Positions 28,561-39,372 of a stretch of 64,000 bases of DNA are shown here, piece by piece; within the stretch, counting starts at the first letter, position 1, and the number at the start of each line of letters is the position of its first letter. Position numbers and translations under genes: made by a program. The notes beneath the pieces are model-generated. The model saw nothing but the letters and a program-made list of their open reading frames with translations, did no database searches and was not told the DNA's origin. This DNA comes from Eledone cirrhosa (Eukaryota). The stretch spans positions 27,714,001-27,778,000 of the forward strand of contig OZ024741.1 of NCBI GenBank assembly GCA_964016885.1, read 5' to 3'.

Positions 28561-28780
28561 CGTCCAACGCAAACCGCTGCTGACCGTAATGCCCAGGTCA
28601 CATTCACAGGAAGACTTCTTGATATTAGTGTTGTGGAGGGAGTATGTGGACGCTGGGTTTTTACTCCCAAAATGCATGGTGGTACACTTGTCCACAGCCA
28701 GCTTCAGTTGCCAGTCTGTGATCCATTGTTGCATTATGTCCAGGTCAGACTGCAGGCAAGATCAATAGTGTTCAGGATCT
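28559..28780 (-). mobile_element. CR1-clade LINE fragment, upstream half of the element at 6861-7575
   Basis: WQLKLAVDKCTTMHFG...DLGITVSSGLRWTK continues in frame as HVSKIVKKA at 7572. Confidence 0.88.
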
Positions 28781-29185
28781 GTCCTTTTTATCTCAATAAT
28801 AAACATACATTTAATCTCACTGTATTTTAAGGTATTGGGCGACAAGCAATGTATACAAGCATTTCAGATTGGTATCTTTTCTTCAGCACTCAACTAAGAT
28901 CAGGTAAAGCAGTAAAGACATAGATTTTACACCCACCAGTCATGATACCACTTCCAACACGGGCTGCGAATGTCAATCCTGTTTATGAAAATAATTGTTT
29001 CTACTTTTGGCACAAGGCCAGCAATTACCCAGTGCATTACTGGTACTTTATAATGAACATAAGAGGTGACAGTACGTACCCTTGGTGGCGTCTGACTCCC
29101 ACATCGAATGCATGTATACGTTGTAAATAAAAAAACAGATACATACACATACCAGAAGTATATTTCAAAGGAAGTGGTAACTTAC

Positions 29186-29268
29186 TTAGTATCAAAGTTA
29201 TACCAATGAAGCACAAGCCAAGCTTTCTCTCCTGAAGGAGGTTGTTCACTTGGCACTGAACCAGGACT
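29186..29268 (-). CDS. SLC9A6/7/9: NHE exon: [27 protein letters not shown](K)
   Basis: ttttcag|AGT ... AA|gtaagt; EKAWL..WYNFD matches the ESAWLFRMWYNFD motif of NHE6/7; phase 0 to phase 2. Confidence 0.92.
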
Positions 29269-29306
29269 CTGAAAAATAGTAGTTTTAAGGAAATTCATTT
29301 TAGATT

Positions 29307-29338
<32 letters not shown>

Positions 29339-29347
29339 TGTATATAC

Positions 29348-29396
<49 letters not shown>

Positions 29397-29919
29397 CATA
29401 TATATGTATATATATATATACATCATCATCATCAGGTTTAGCGTCCGTGTTCCACGCTTGCATGGGTTTGGACGGGGGTTTTCCCACTTGAGGCAAGAGT
29501 GGTTGTCTTGCTCGCATAGGACTGTCTGGCGGGTTTTCTACAGTTGGATGCCCTTCCTAACACCAACCACATTTACAGTGTGGGGCTGGGAGGTTTTTAC
29601 CATGTTGCCTACACGGCCACATTACAGCGTGGACTGTCTGGCGGGTTTTCTACAGCTGGATGCCCTTCCTAACACCAACCACATTTACAGTGTGGGGCTG
29701 GGATGTTTTTACCGTGTTGCCTACACGGCCACATTTACAGCGTGGACTGTGTGTTTTTTTGTCGTGACACCTACACGATCTCATTTGTTTCGGCCTGGAT
29801 GTTGTGGGACCAACATAACTGTACATTGAAAGGGGCGGTGTGGATGGGGTGGAGGTGGTGGGACGGGGGGGTGTTTTGATAGAGATGCCTACTGACTGTA
29901 GTAGGTTTTTACTTTGTAT

Positions 29920-32900
29920 TTAGGTAAGGCGGGTCTTCTCTATTACTGAGTACCGCCAAAGGTCTCGGTCCAGTGACATTGCCTTGGAGAGGTGTAAGCG
30001 TGTGAAGTCGGAATTTATCAGCTCGTCCCATGTTTTTCTGGGTCTGCCTACTCCGTGGCTACCGTCTATCTTTATTGCCCTGCACTTTGTTATACAGCTG
30101 TCGTCTTTCATGCGCATCACGTGACCGTACCAACGTAGCCTTCTCTCGAGTAAACAACATCTGATCCCTCTTATTTCTAATTTTTTCCTTAGTTCGTTTA
30201 TGCTTTGCCGTTCACGTATATTACTATTGCACATCCAGCGGAGCATGCAAGCTTCGTTCCTCTCTAGTATATCCTCTGCACACAATGCCCAGGTTTCACT
30301 GCCATGCAGCATTGCTGTTCGTATGCAGGCATCGTATAACCTGCCTTTCATTTTTAGGGAGAACCCTCTAGCGGCTAATAGTGGTATAAGCTCTCTGAAC
30401 TTTTTCCATCCAGTTCTGACTCTAGCTACTGTACTTTCAGAGCACCCTCCCCCACTGCTGATTTTGTCACCCAGGTAACGGAAGCTGTCCACTATTTCTA
30501 TAGAACCCTCTGCGCAGTTGAAGGAGCTAGTATTTTGTGGGCACTTGCTGCTACTTATTGCACCAGAGCACCGGCCACATGTAAAATCTATGTTCTTAGT
30601 TAGCTTACCTGTGATCCCACTACATCTTTTATGCACCCATACTTTGCATTTGGGACATAAAATGGAGTTTCTACCTACGCCTTTCCTACACACTGAGCAT
30701 GGCCATTTCCCAGATGGGACTGCCGCCATATTTTCTTTCCTACAAACTAGAACTTTTGTCTTAGCCAGGTTAATTTTAAGGCCTTTTGATTCTAGGCCGT
30801 GCTTCCATGTTTGGAATTTCTTCTCTAGTTCGGTCATTGATTCAGCTATGAGCGTTAGATCATCTGCGTATAGGAGTTCCCATGGGCAGCCGGTCTTGAA
30901 CTCCTCTGTTATAGCCTGAAGGGCAATAATAAATAGTAGGGGGCTAAGAACAGAGCCCTGATGGACACCAACTTTTACGCTAAACTCTTCACTATATTCG
31001 TTGTTAATTCTAACCTTACTGACTGTTTCTTTATACATGGCTTGTATAGCTCTCACAAGCCATTCGTCAACACCTAGTTTTCTAAGAGACCACCAGATAA
31101 TGGAACGGGGGACTCTGTCGAAGGCTTTCTCCAAGTCGACGAAAGCTAAGTATAGGGGTTTACTTTTAGCTAGGTACTTCTCCTGTAGTTGTCGTACAAT
31201 GAAAAGAGCGTCTGTGGTACTTTTGCCTGACACAAATCCGAACTGCATTTCATCTAGATCAATTCTCTCTCTGATTAGTTGCGCTATTACTTTTTCCGTG
31301 ACCTTCATGACCTGGTCGATTAATTTAATGCCTCTATAGTTACTCCTATCTAGGGCATCTCCTTTTCCCTTATAGCAGTTAACGATGATGCTGCTACGCC
31401 AGTCCTTCGGAACAACCCCATTCTGTACGACTTGGTTAACTATCCGGGTGACCATGGTGTGTCCCACCGAACCAGATGCCTTCAGCATCTCAGCAACTAT
31501 TTCCGAAGGACCAGCCGCCTTACCCGTCTTCATATCTTTGATTGCCTTGCTTATTGTACTACCCTGGACTAACACTGCTGGTCCCTCTATTGGGTCGATG
31601 TGGGGGAGACTGTCTTTCTCCCATTTGTTCTCCTCATTTAGAAGCCTTTCGTAGTGACACTTCCAAGCTACCTTCTTATCAGCGTCGGTGATGGCAAGTA
31701 TGCCATCATCGTTAAGCACACACTTCTCCCCGACAATATCACGGTTTTCCTTGACACATTGCCTGGCAATCCTGAACACCTCACGTTTTTAGTCCTCACG
31801 TTGTAGAACATGCTTGAACTTTCTTTCCTCTGCTTCCCTTCTTGCGAAGTACACTTGTCTCCTAGCTTCCCTCCTGGCTACCTGATAGTCTTCTCTACTT
31901 CCCCCATCCCGCCATGCGTTCCAAGCCTGCTTTTTGGCCTCATTTGACTCCTCCACCTTACTGTTCCACCACCATGTTACTCTCCTCCTACCTACAGGCC
32001 TGCTCCAGCCACAGACTTCGTCTGCCGCCGTCAGCAGGTTTGCTCTCAGGAATTCCCACTGTTCCTCTATATTATACGACTCTAATTGCTCTTCCTTACT
32101 GTCGAAAGCGTCAAGTAATATGCTTTGAAATTTATTTCTGGCTATGGGGTCCTTTAGCTTCCATATTTTTCTCCTGAGGATAGTCCTCTTCCGCTGTCTA
32201 GTACGTCTCGTCCTGACTATGAGGTCGCTAATTATCAGTCTATGTTGGGAGGTGAATTCTTCATGGGGGAGGGATTTAGTGTTAACAACAGACACTCTGT
32301 CACGTCTTCTGGTAAGGATATAATCTACCTGGCTTGTGTGTTCCCCCGATCTATAGGTGATCAAGTGATTGTCTCGTTTTTTGAAGTTAGTGTTACAGAT
32401 AGTTAAGTTATTTGCGTCGCAGAATTCCAGGATTCTGGAGCCTTCCTCATTTCTAGTACCGAACCCATAGCCTCCATGGATTCCGTCATAGCCGTCACAA
32501 TGCTGTCCAACGTGACCATTTAGGTCGCCTGCAATAACTATATAGTCACTGTCGGTTATTTGGGAGGTAGCGAGCATCAGTGTCTCGTAGAATCTGTCTT
32601 TTATAGCACCGGGCAGTCCGGATTGTGGTGCGTACGCAGATATTACTGTCACCGTAGTTTTATTGAGGACAAGTCTTATTTTAATTATTCTGTCGTTCAC
32701 TCTATTTACGTCTATTATCTTATCTGCCCACTTTTCTGCTACCATGATTCCTACCCCACCCAACCCATTGTCATTTCCCACCCAGAAAAGCTTATAGCAT
32801 CGTTCTTTACCCACGATGAATCTAGCCGACCCTCCCCTCCACCTGGTCTCTTGAATACAACAAACATCGACCTCCTTACGTTCAAGCATTTCTACAACCT

Positions 32901-33085
32901 CGTTAGAGCGACCCTTTAAGGTGCCTACATTCATGGTACCAACTCTGAAGTTTTGGATTGCGTTTGGAGGGTGGGAGCGGTGGGGCGCGGGGGGGGGGGG
33001 GGTTATGTTAGCCATCCTGGGCCGAAATAAGGCGGAGTGCTTGCATTCTCGTCCACGAGGTGAATTTGTCTTTATCTTTGGCATT
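29920..33085 (-). pseudogene. RTE polyprotein of copy C, split by in-frame TAA at 31789-31791
   Basis: ...HVLQRED*KREVFRIA...; also a 2-codon deletion (EDILERNE versus EDIRRLERNE). Confidence 0.92.
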
Positions 33086-33251
33086 GTCGCTGAGCGTCCA
33101 CATTTTTCTCTCTTCAACTCTCCAGAATTCCGTAGTCCATCCATCATATCGAAAAGCAACCAGTTAGGCGATAGTATGGGCCTCTGACTTATGATTGGTC
33201 CACGTAATAATGGTGGTGCGTGGGGGCGGGTGGGAGGGATGATGTGTTGTT

Positions 33252-34243
33252 AGCGAGAATGTAAGGTTTAAGATAAGATCGCCGTATTTTGGGCATAATT
33301 TAACAATAAACGAAAATACAAGATTTGTTTTGTTTAAGAAAATACGATAGAGAAAATGCGGTGATAGGGAAAATATGATTTTTAGAGAAAAAATATGATA
33401 TAGAATGGTGAAAATATGATATAGTGTGAAATTAGGACATAGAACAGTGATTGAATGAATGGATTCGAATGGAGAGAAGAATCGAGAAAAATATTTGGAC
33501 GTTACTTTATACCGCAAGAACAGCCATCCCAGAAATAGCGAGTTGGCGATTGTGATTAATTTTGGTAGGGATTTATCTTATATGTATAGAGAGGGATGGG
33601 GGGGGGAGGACAGGAACCAGCATGATGTATGGGTAGGGGGTAGAAGATGGGATGGAGCAGAGGTTAAGAGTTTAAATAGGTACTAGAAGTTTTGCGTAGA
33701 ACTTAGCAAGTTTAACAAAATATATTTAAAGGAATATATAATAGTGATTTGTTTTTGTTATGAAAATACGACAGAATATGAAAATATGACAGAATTAAGC
33801 GAGAATGTAAGGTTTAAGATAAGATCGCCGTATTTTGGGCATAATTTAACAATAAACGAAAATACAAAATTTGTTTTGTTTAAGAAAATACGATAGAGAA
33901 AATGCGGTGATAGGGAAAATATGATTTTTAGAGAAAAAATATGATATAGAATGGTGAAAATATGATATAGTGTGAAATTAGGACGTAGAACAGTGATTGA
34001 ATGAATGGATTCGAATGGAGAGAAGAATCAAGAAAAATATTTGGACGTTACTTTATACCGCAAGAACAGCCATCCCAGAAATAGCGAGTTGGCGATTGTG
34101 ATTAATTTTGGTAGGGATTTATCTTATATGTATAGAGAGGGATGGGGGGGGGGGGGGGGCAGGAACCAGCATGATGTATGGGTAGGGGGTAGAAGATGGG
34201 ATGGAGCAGAGGTTAAGAGTTTAAATAGGTACTAGAAGTTTTG
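33252..34243 (-). repeat. 546-bp tandem monomer (33252-33797, partial 33798-34243)
   Basis: agcgagaatgtaaggtttaagataagatcgcc at 33252 and 33798; TATA/Inr at 33582/33553 and 34128/34099. Confidence 0.95.
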
Positions 34244-34316
34244 TATATGTATATAAATATATATGTATATATATATATACATATATATTTATATACATAT
34301 ATACATATATATATAG

Positions 34317-34351
<35 letters not shown>

Positions 34352-34361
34352 CAGTATATAA

Positions 34362-34408
<47 letters not shown>

Positions 34409-34545
34409 GAGCGATCGACTTTCGTCAAATCGGAGCGAGGAAACTGTTTCCGTTGGTCTTTCCAATTGCTAATACTATCTATCGGTTGCAACTCCAGGTA
34501 GAAGGAGCAACGTGAAATAAATATGTATATATATATATATGTATG

Positions 34546-34583
<38 letters not shown>

Positions 34584-34760
34584 AATATATATATATACAT
34601 AAATATATATATATACATAAATATATATATATACATATATGTATATACACATATATATATATATATATATACATATATGTATATACACATATATATATAT
34701 ATATATATACATATATGTATATACACATATATATATATATATACATATATATATGCATAC

Positions 34761-34833
<73 letters not shown>

Positions 34834-34899
34834 TATATATATACATATATATATATACATGCATACATATACATATATATATATATATGTACATATATA
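34244..34899. repeat. Complex (TA)n/(CA) microsatellite with a ~115-bp unique island
   Basis: Direct reading. Confidence 0.95.
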
Positions 34900-36168
34900 C
34901 AGGGTGTGGACGATATTTGTTCGCAATTTTCAACTGCTAATTTTATGCAAATTTTTTTACTTCCGTTGTTATTCTTGTCTTCATAAAAACAGTGACTATA
35001 TTTCCATTATTTTTTTTCAGAATAATTGATTATGAATAATTTTGAACCTCCAAATTTGTGGAAGAGACACCGGGAGGACAAATAAGGAAATTTCAGACTT
35101 TCTAAGTGTCAGCAGGAGAATGGTGGAAAAGGTCAGAAAGGAATTGGAAGATTCAGGATTCGACTACGATGCAACATCAGAGAGGAAAACACATGATCGA
35201 CGATCTGACGCCTTCAGAACGTCTGAGTTCGTCGCTGAAGTTCAGGATATCATCAACAATGAACCTAGCAAGTCGATGCGTGCCATTGCAAGGGAGAAAG
35301 GCGTGGATGAAAAGCTCATTAGGCTGGTGGTACATGAAGACATTCACTACGTTTCATACAAGATGAGGAAAGGACAATTTCTGTTAAAGGCGATGCAAGA
35401 AAAGCGACTGAAGCACGCAAAGAAGCTGATCAACAAGTTGAAACACCCACTGGAGCCAGACATGCTGTGGTTTTTCTTCGATGAGAAAAACTTCTGCCAA
35501 GACCAGAACAACAGGTGGCTCGCTGTCTCATCCAAAGACGTGCCCAGAGTCATGCAGACAAAGTTTCCAGCGACAACATTGGTCTTAGGTGTCGTCAGCC
35601 GTCAAGGTGACGTCATGCCACCTCACTTCTTCCCTGAGGGCCTCAAGCTGAACACCGATGGCTACATCCGCGTTTTGAGTGAGGTAGTTATAGCCCTGGA
35701 TGAACCAGGTAGCTGCAGGTAGGCTGTACGTGTGGCAGCAAGACTCAGCGCTCTGCCAGACCAGCCGAAAGACCCAAGCCTGGCTGTCAGAGAACTTCGT
35801 CGACTACACTTCACCTGACATCTGGCCTCCCAGCTCGTCTGACTCCAACCCCCTCGACTTCTTTGTGTGGGGCGCAGTGGAACGAGACACCAACAGATCT
35901 AGCTGCAATACGTAAGACGATCTGAAGGCCAGGATCACAAGTGCCTTTAGGGGTCTAAGTCGGGGGACAGTGATGAAGGCCTGTAGCCGGTTCCGAGGCC
36001 ACCTTGAGGCTCTCATCAAAGCCAATGGAGGGTTTATCGAGTGAGATCGAAAGAACATGCCATGAAGACAAACTGACCCAAGTTTGATAAATAAATCTTA
36101 AAAAATAAAACTACTGTGTTATTTTTTCATAGACAGTAATCTTGCGAACAAATATCGTCCGCACCCTG
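34900..36168 (+). mobile_element. Tc1/mariner transposon, DD37D (maT/mori-type), complete ends, frameshifted transposase
   Basis: 27-bp TIR cagggtgYggacgatatttgttcgcaa, TA flanks; FFDEKNF, WQQD-37aa-D (WPPSSSDSNPLD); frameshift near 35695. Confidence 0.93.
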
Positions 36169-36200
<32 letters not shown>

Positions 36201-36217
36201 TACATATATATACATAT

Positions 36218-37436
36218 ACAAATTCCAAACTTGGAAGCAGGGACTAGAAAGAAAGGGTCTCAAAGTCAACATAACAAAGACTAAGGTCCTTGTAAGTAGA
36301 CGAGAAAACAGAACCCAGATCCCCTCAGGGAAATGGCCTTGCTCAGTATGTAGGAAAGGTGTAGGTAGGAACTCCATTCTCTGCCCCAAATGCAAGCAAT
36401 GGGTACACAAGAGATGTAGCGGGATCTCAGGAAGCTTAATTAAGAATGTAGGCTTCACATGCAGCAGCTGTTTTGAGACAGCAAGCAGCAAACAGCCACA
36501 GGAAACAAGTACCACCAATCTCTGGGAGGGCTCTGTAGAAACAGTAGACAGCTTCTGCTACCTAGGTGACCGAATTAGCAGCGGAGGTGGGTGTTCAGAA
36601 AGTACAATAACTAGGGTAAAAACGGGATGGAAGAAGTTTAGGGAACTACTACCACTGCTAGCTGCAAAAGGCTTCTCCCTCAGAATGAAAGGCAGACTGT
36701 ATGATGCGTGTATCCGAACAGCAATATTGCATGGTAGTGAGACCTGGGCGCTGAAGGTGGAAGACTTACGTAGATTAGAGAGAAACGAAGCCTGCATGCT
36801 CCGATGGATGTGTAACAGTAATAAACGTGAACGACAAAGCATAAATGAATTGAGAGAGAGATTGAGCATAAGAGGAATCAAATGCTGTGTGCAGGAGAGG
36901 CGGTTGCGCTGGTATGGACATGTGATGCGTATGAAGGATGACAGCTGCATAAAAAGGTGCAGAGCACTAGAAGTTGATGGAAGCCGCGGAGTGGGGAGAC
37001 CCAAGATGACCTGAGATGAAGTGATAAAAGCCGACCTTACCCAATTACACCTCTCAAAGGCAATGACACACAACCCTGACTTCTGGCATCATGCAGTAAT
37101 ACAGAGTACCCGACCTCCCAATGGTATAAGCTGAAGCATATAGACAATATGCCCCCACTCCCCTCACCACAAGGTAGTCGTGGAGGTGCCACGGCAAAAA
37201 AGCACGCAGCCCACACTGTAAAGTGGACGTGTAGGCGCCACGAAAAAGCACCCAGCACTCACTGTAAATGAGATTGGTGTTAGGAAGGGCATCCAGCTGT
37301 AGAAATCAAGCCAAATCAGTTCCTGTATGAGTAAGGCATGGTCAGCCGACCAGACACAGCGCACAACAGGACAACCTGTCTAACCCATGCTAGCGTGGAA
37401 GAACGGACGTAAAACGGTGATGATGATGATGATGAT
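36218..37436 (+). mobile_element. RTE LINE copy D, 5'-truncated, more divergent subfamily
   Basis: KFQTWKQGLERKGLKVN...GRPKMT*, distinct 3'UTR, (GAT)n tail. Confidence 0.9.
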
Positions 37437-37448
37437 ACATATATATAT

Positions 37449-37479
<31 letters not shown>

Positions 37480-37484
37480 TACAT

Positions 37485-37825
37485 GGAGGCACATGGCTTA
37501 GTGGTTAGAGCATTGGCCTTGCAATCGAAAGGTTGTGAGTTCAATTCTCAGACTGGGTGATGTGTTGTTTCCTTGAGCAAGACACTTTATTTCACATTGC
37601 TCCAGTTTACTCAGCTGTAGAAATGAGATGATAGGGACTGGGGTCCATATCATTCCACTGCAAAGTGGTCGTGGAGGTGCCACGGCAAAAAAGCACCCGG
37701 CACTCACTGTAAATGAGGTTGGTGTTAGGAAGGGCATCCAGCTGTAGAAATCAAGCCAGAATCAGTTCCCATCCCACCCTTGCAAGCAGGGAAAAAGCGG
37801 ACGTAAAAATGAAATGAATGATGAA
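37485..37825 (+). mobile_element. CORE-type tRNA SINE with RTE-derived 3' tail
   Basis: A box tggcttagtggttag, B box gagttcaattct, core ccttgagcaagacactt; 3' half matches the copy D/H 3'UTR. Confidence 0.88.
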
Positions 37826-37896
37826 TACGTATATGTATACGGTAGCCATATATAAAAATATATATACATATATATATAAAAATATATGTACATATA

Positions 37897-38921
37897 TCAT
37901 CATCATCAACGTTTAACGTCCGTGTTGCACGCTTGCATGGGTTTGACGGGGGGTTTATCTTGTGATTATCTTGCTCGCATAGGACTATGTGGCGGGTTTT
38001 CTACAGCTGGATGCCCTTCCTAACACCAACCACATTTACAGTATGGGGCTGGGAGGTTTTTACCGTGTTGCCTACACGGCCACATTACAGCGTGGACTGT
38101 CTGGCAGGTTTTCTACAGCTGGATGCCCTTCCTAACACCAACCATATTTACAGTGTGGGGCTGGGAGGTTTTTACCGTGTTGCCTGCACGGCCACATTAC
38201 AGCGTGAACAGTGTTTTTTTGTCGTGACACCTACACGATCTCATTTGTTTCGGCCTGGATGTTGTGGCACCAACATAACTTTACATTGAAAGGGGCGGTG
38301 TGGATGGGGTGGGGGTGGTGGGACGGGGGTGTATTTTGTTAGAGATGCCTACTGACTGTAGTAGGTTTTACTTTGTATTTAGGTAAGGCGGGTCTTCTCT
38401 CTTACTGAGTACCGCCAAAGGTCTCGGTCCAGTGACATTGTCTTGGAGAGGTGTAAGTGTGTGAGGTCGGAATTTATCAGCTCGTCCCAGGTTTTTCTGG
38501 GTCTGCCTATTCCGTGGCTACCGTCTATCTTTATTGCTCTGCACTTTGTTATACAGCTATCGACTTTCATGCGCATCACGTGACCATACCAACGTAGCCT
38601 TCTCTCGAGTAAACAACATCTGATCCCTCTTATTCCTAATTTCTCACTTAGTTCATTTATGCTTTGCCGTTCACGTATATTACTATTACACATCCAACGG
38701 AGCATGCAAGCTTCGATCCTCTCCAGTCTGCGTAGATCCTCTGCACACAATGCCCAAGTCTCACTGCCATTTAACATTGTTGTTCGTATGCAGGCATCAT
38801 ACAGCCTGCCCTTCATTTTTAGAGAGAAACCTTTAGCGGCCAATAGTGGTATAAGCTCTCTGAAATTTTTCCATCCCGTTCTGATTGTAGCTACTGTACT
38901 TTCAGAGCACTCTCCACCACT
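37897..38921 (-). mobile_element. RTE LINE copy E, 5'-truncated
   Basis: SGGECSES...EKTRLT, 3'UTR with duplicated module, tail. Confidence 0.9.
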
Positions 38922-39277
38922 CCCAGTCCACACTGTAAACGTGGTTGGTGTTAGGAAGGGCATCCAGCCGTAGAAAACCTGCCAGAGAGTCCTATACGAG
39001 CAAGACAACCAATCTTGCCTCAAGTGGGAAAATGCCCGTCCAAACCCATGCTAGCGTGGAAGATGGACGTTAAACGATGATGATGATGATAATATATACA
39101 TATACATATATATATATATATATATACATATACGTCTAACCCATGCTAGCATGGAAAGTGGACGTTAAACGAAGATGATGATGATGATATATATATATAT
39201 ATACATATATATACATATACGTCTAACCCATGCTAGTGTGGAAAGTGGACGTTAAACGAAGATGATGATGATGATGA

Positions 39278-39281
<4 letters not shown>
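38922..39281 (+). mobile_element. Three short RTE 3'-end fragments with (GAT)n tails
   Basis: aacccatgctagcRtggaa...gacgttaaacga(a)gatgatg at about 39042, 39133 and 39220. Confidence 0.85.
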
Positions 39282-39320
<39 letters not shown>

Positions 39321-39372
39321 TATATACATATATACACATATATATATAGATATATATATATATATATACACT

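Larger units (their letters stand above)
29422..34243 (-). mobile_element. RTE LINE copy C, full length, with ~1.8 copies of a 546-bp 5' monomer
   Basis: (GAT)n tail, 3'UTR with duplicated module, APE ORF and RT ORF in the same frame, flanked by (TA)n. Confidence 0.93.

Noticed and set aside
29050-29120. FDVGVRRHQGYVLSPLMFII as a host exon
   Set aside because: Tiny decayed RT motif (GVHQGSVLSP-like) from an old LINE.
37485-37560. tRNA gene
   Set aside because: A and B boxes are present but run into a SINE core and LINE tail; no complete cloverleaf.
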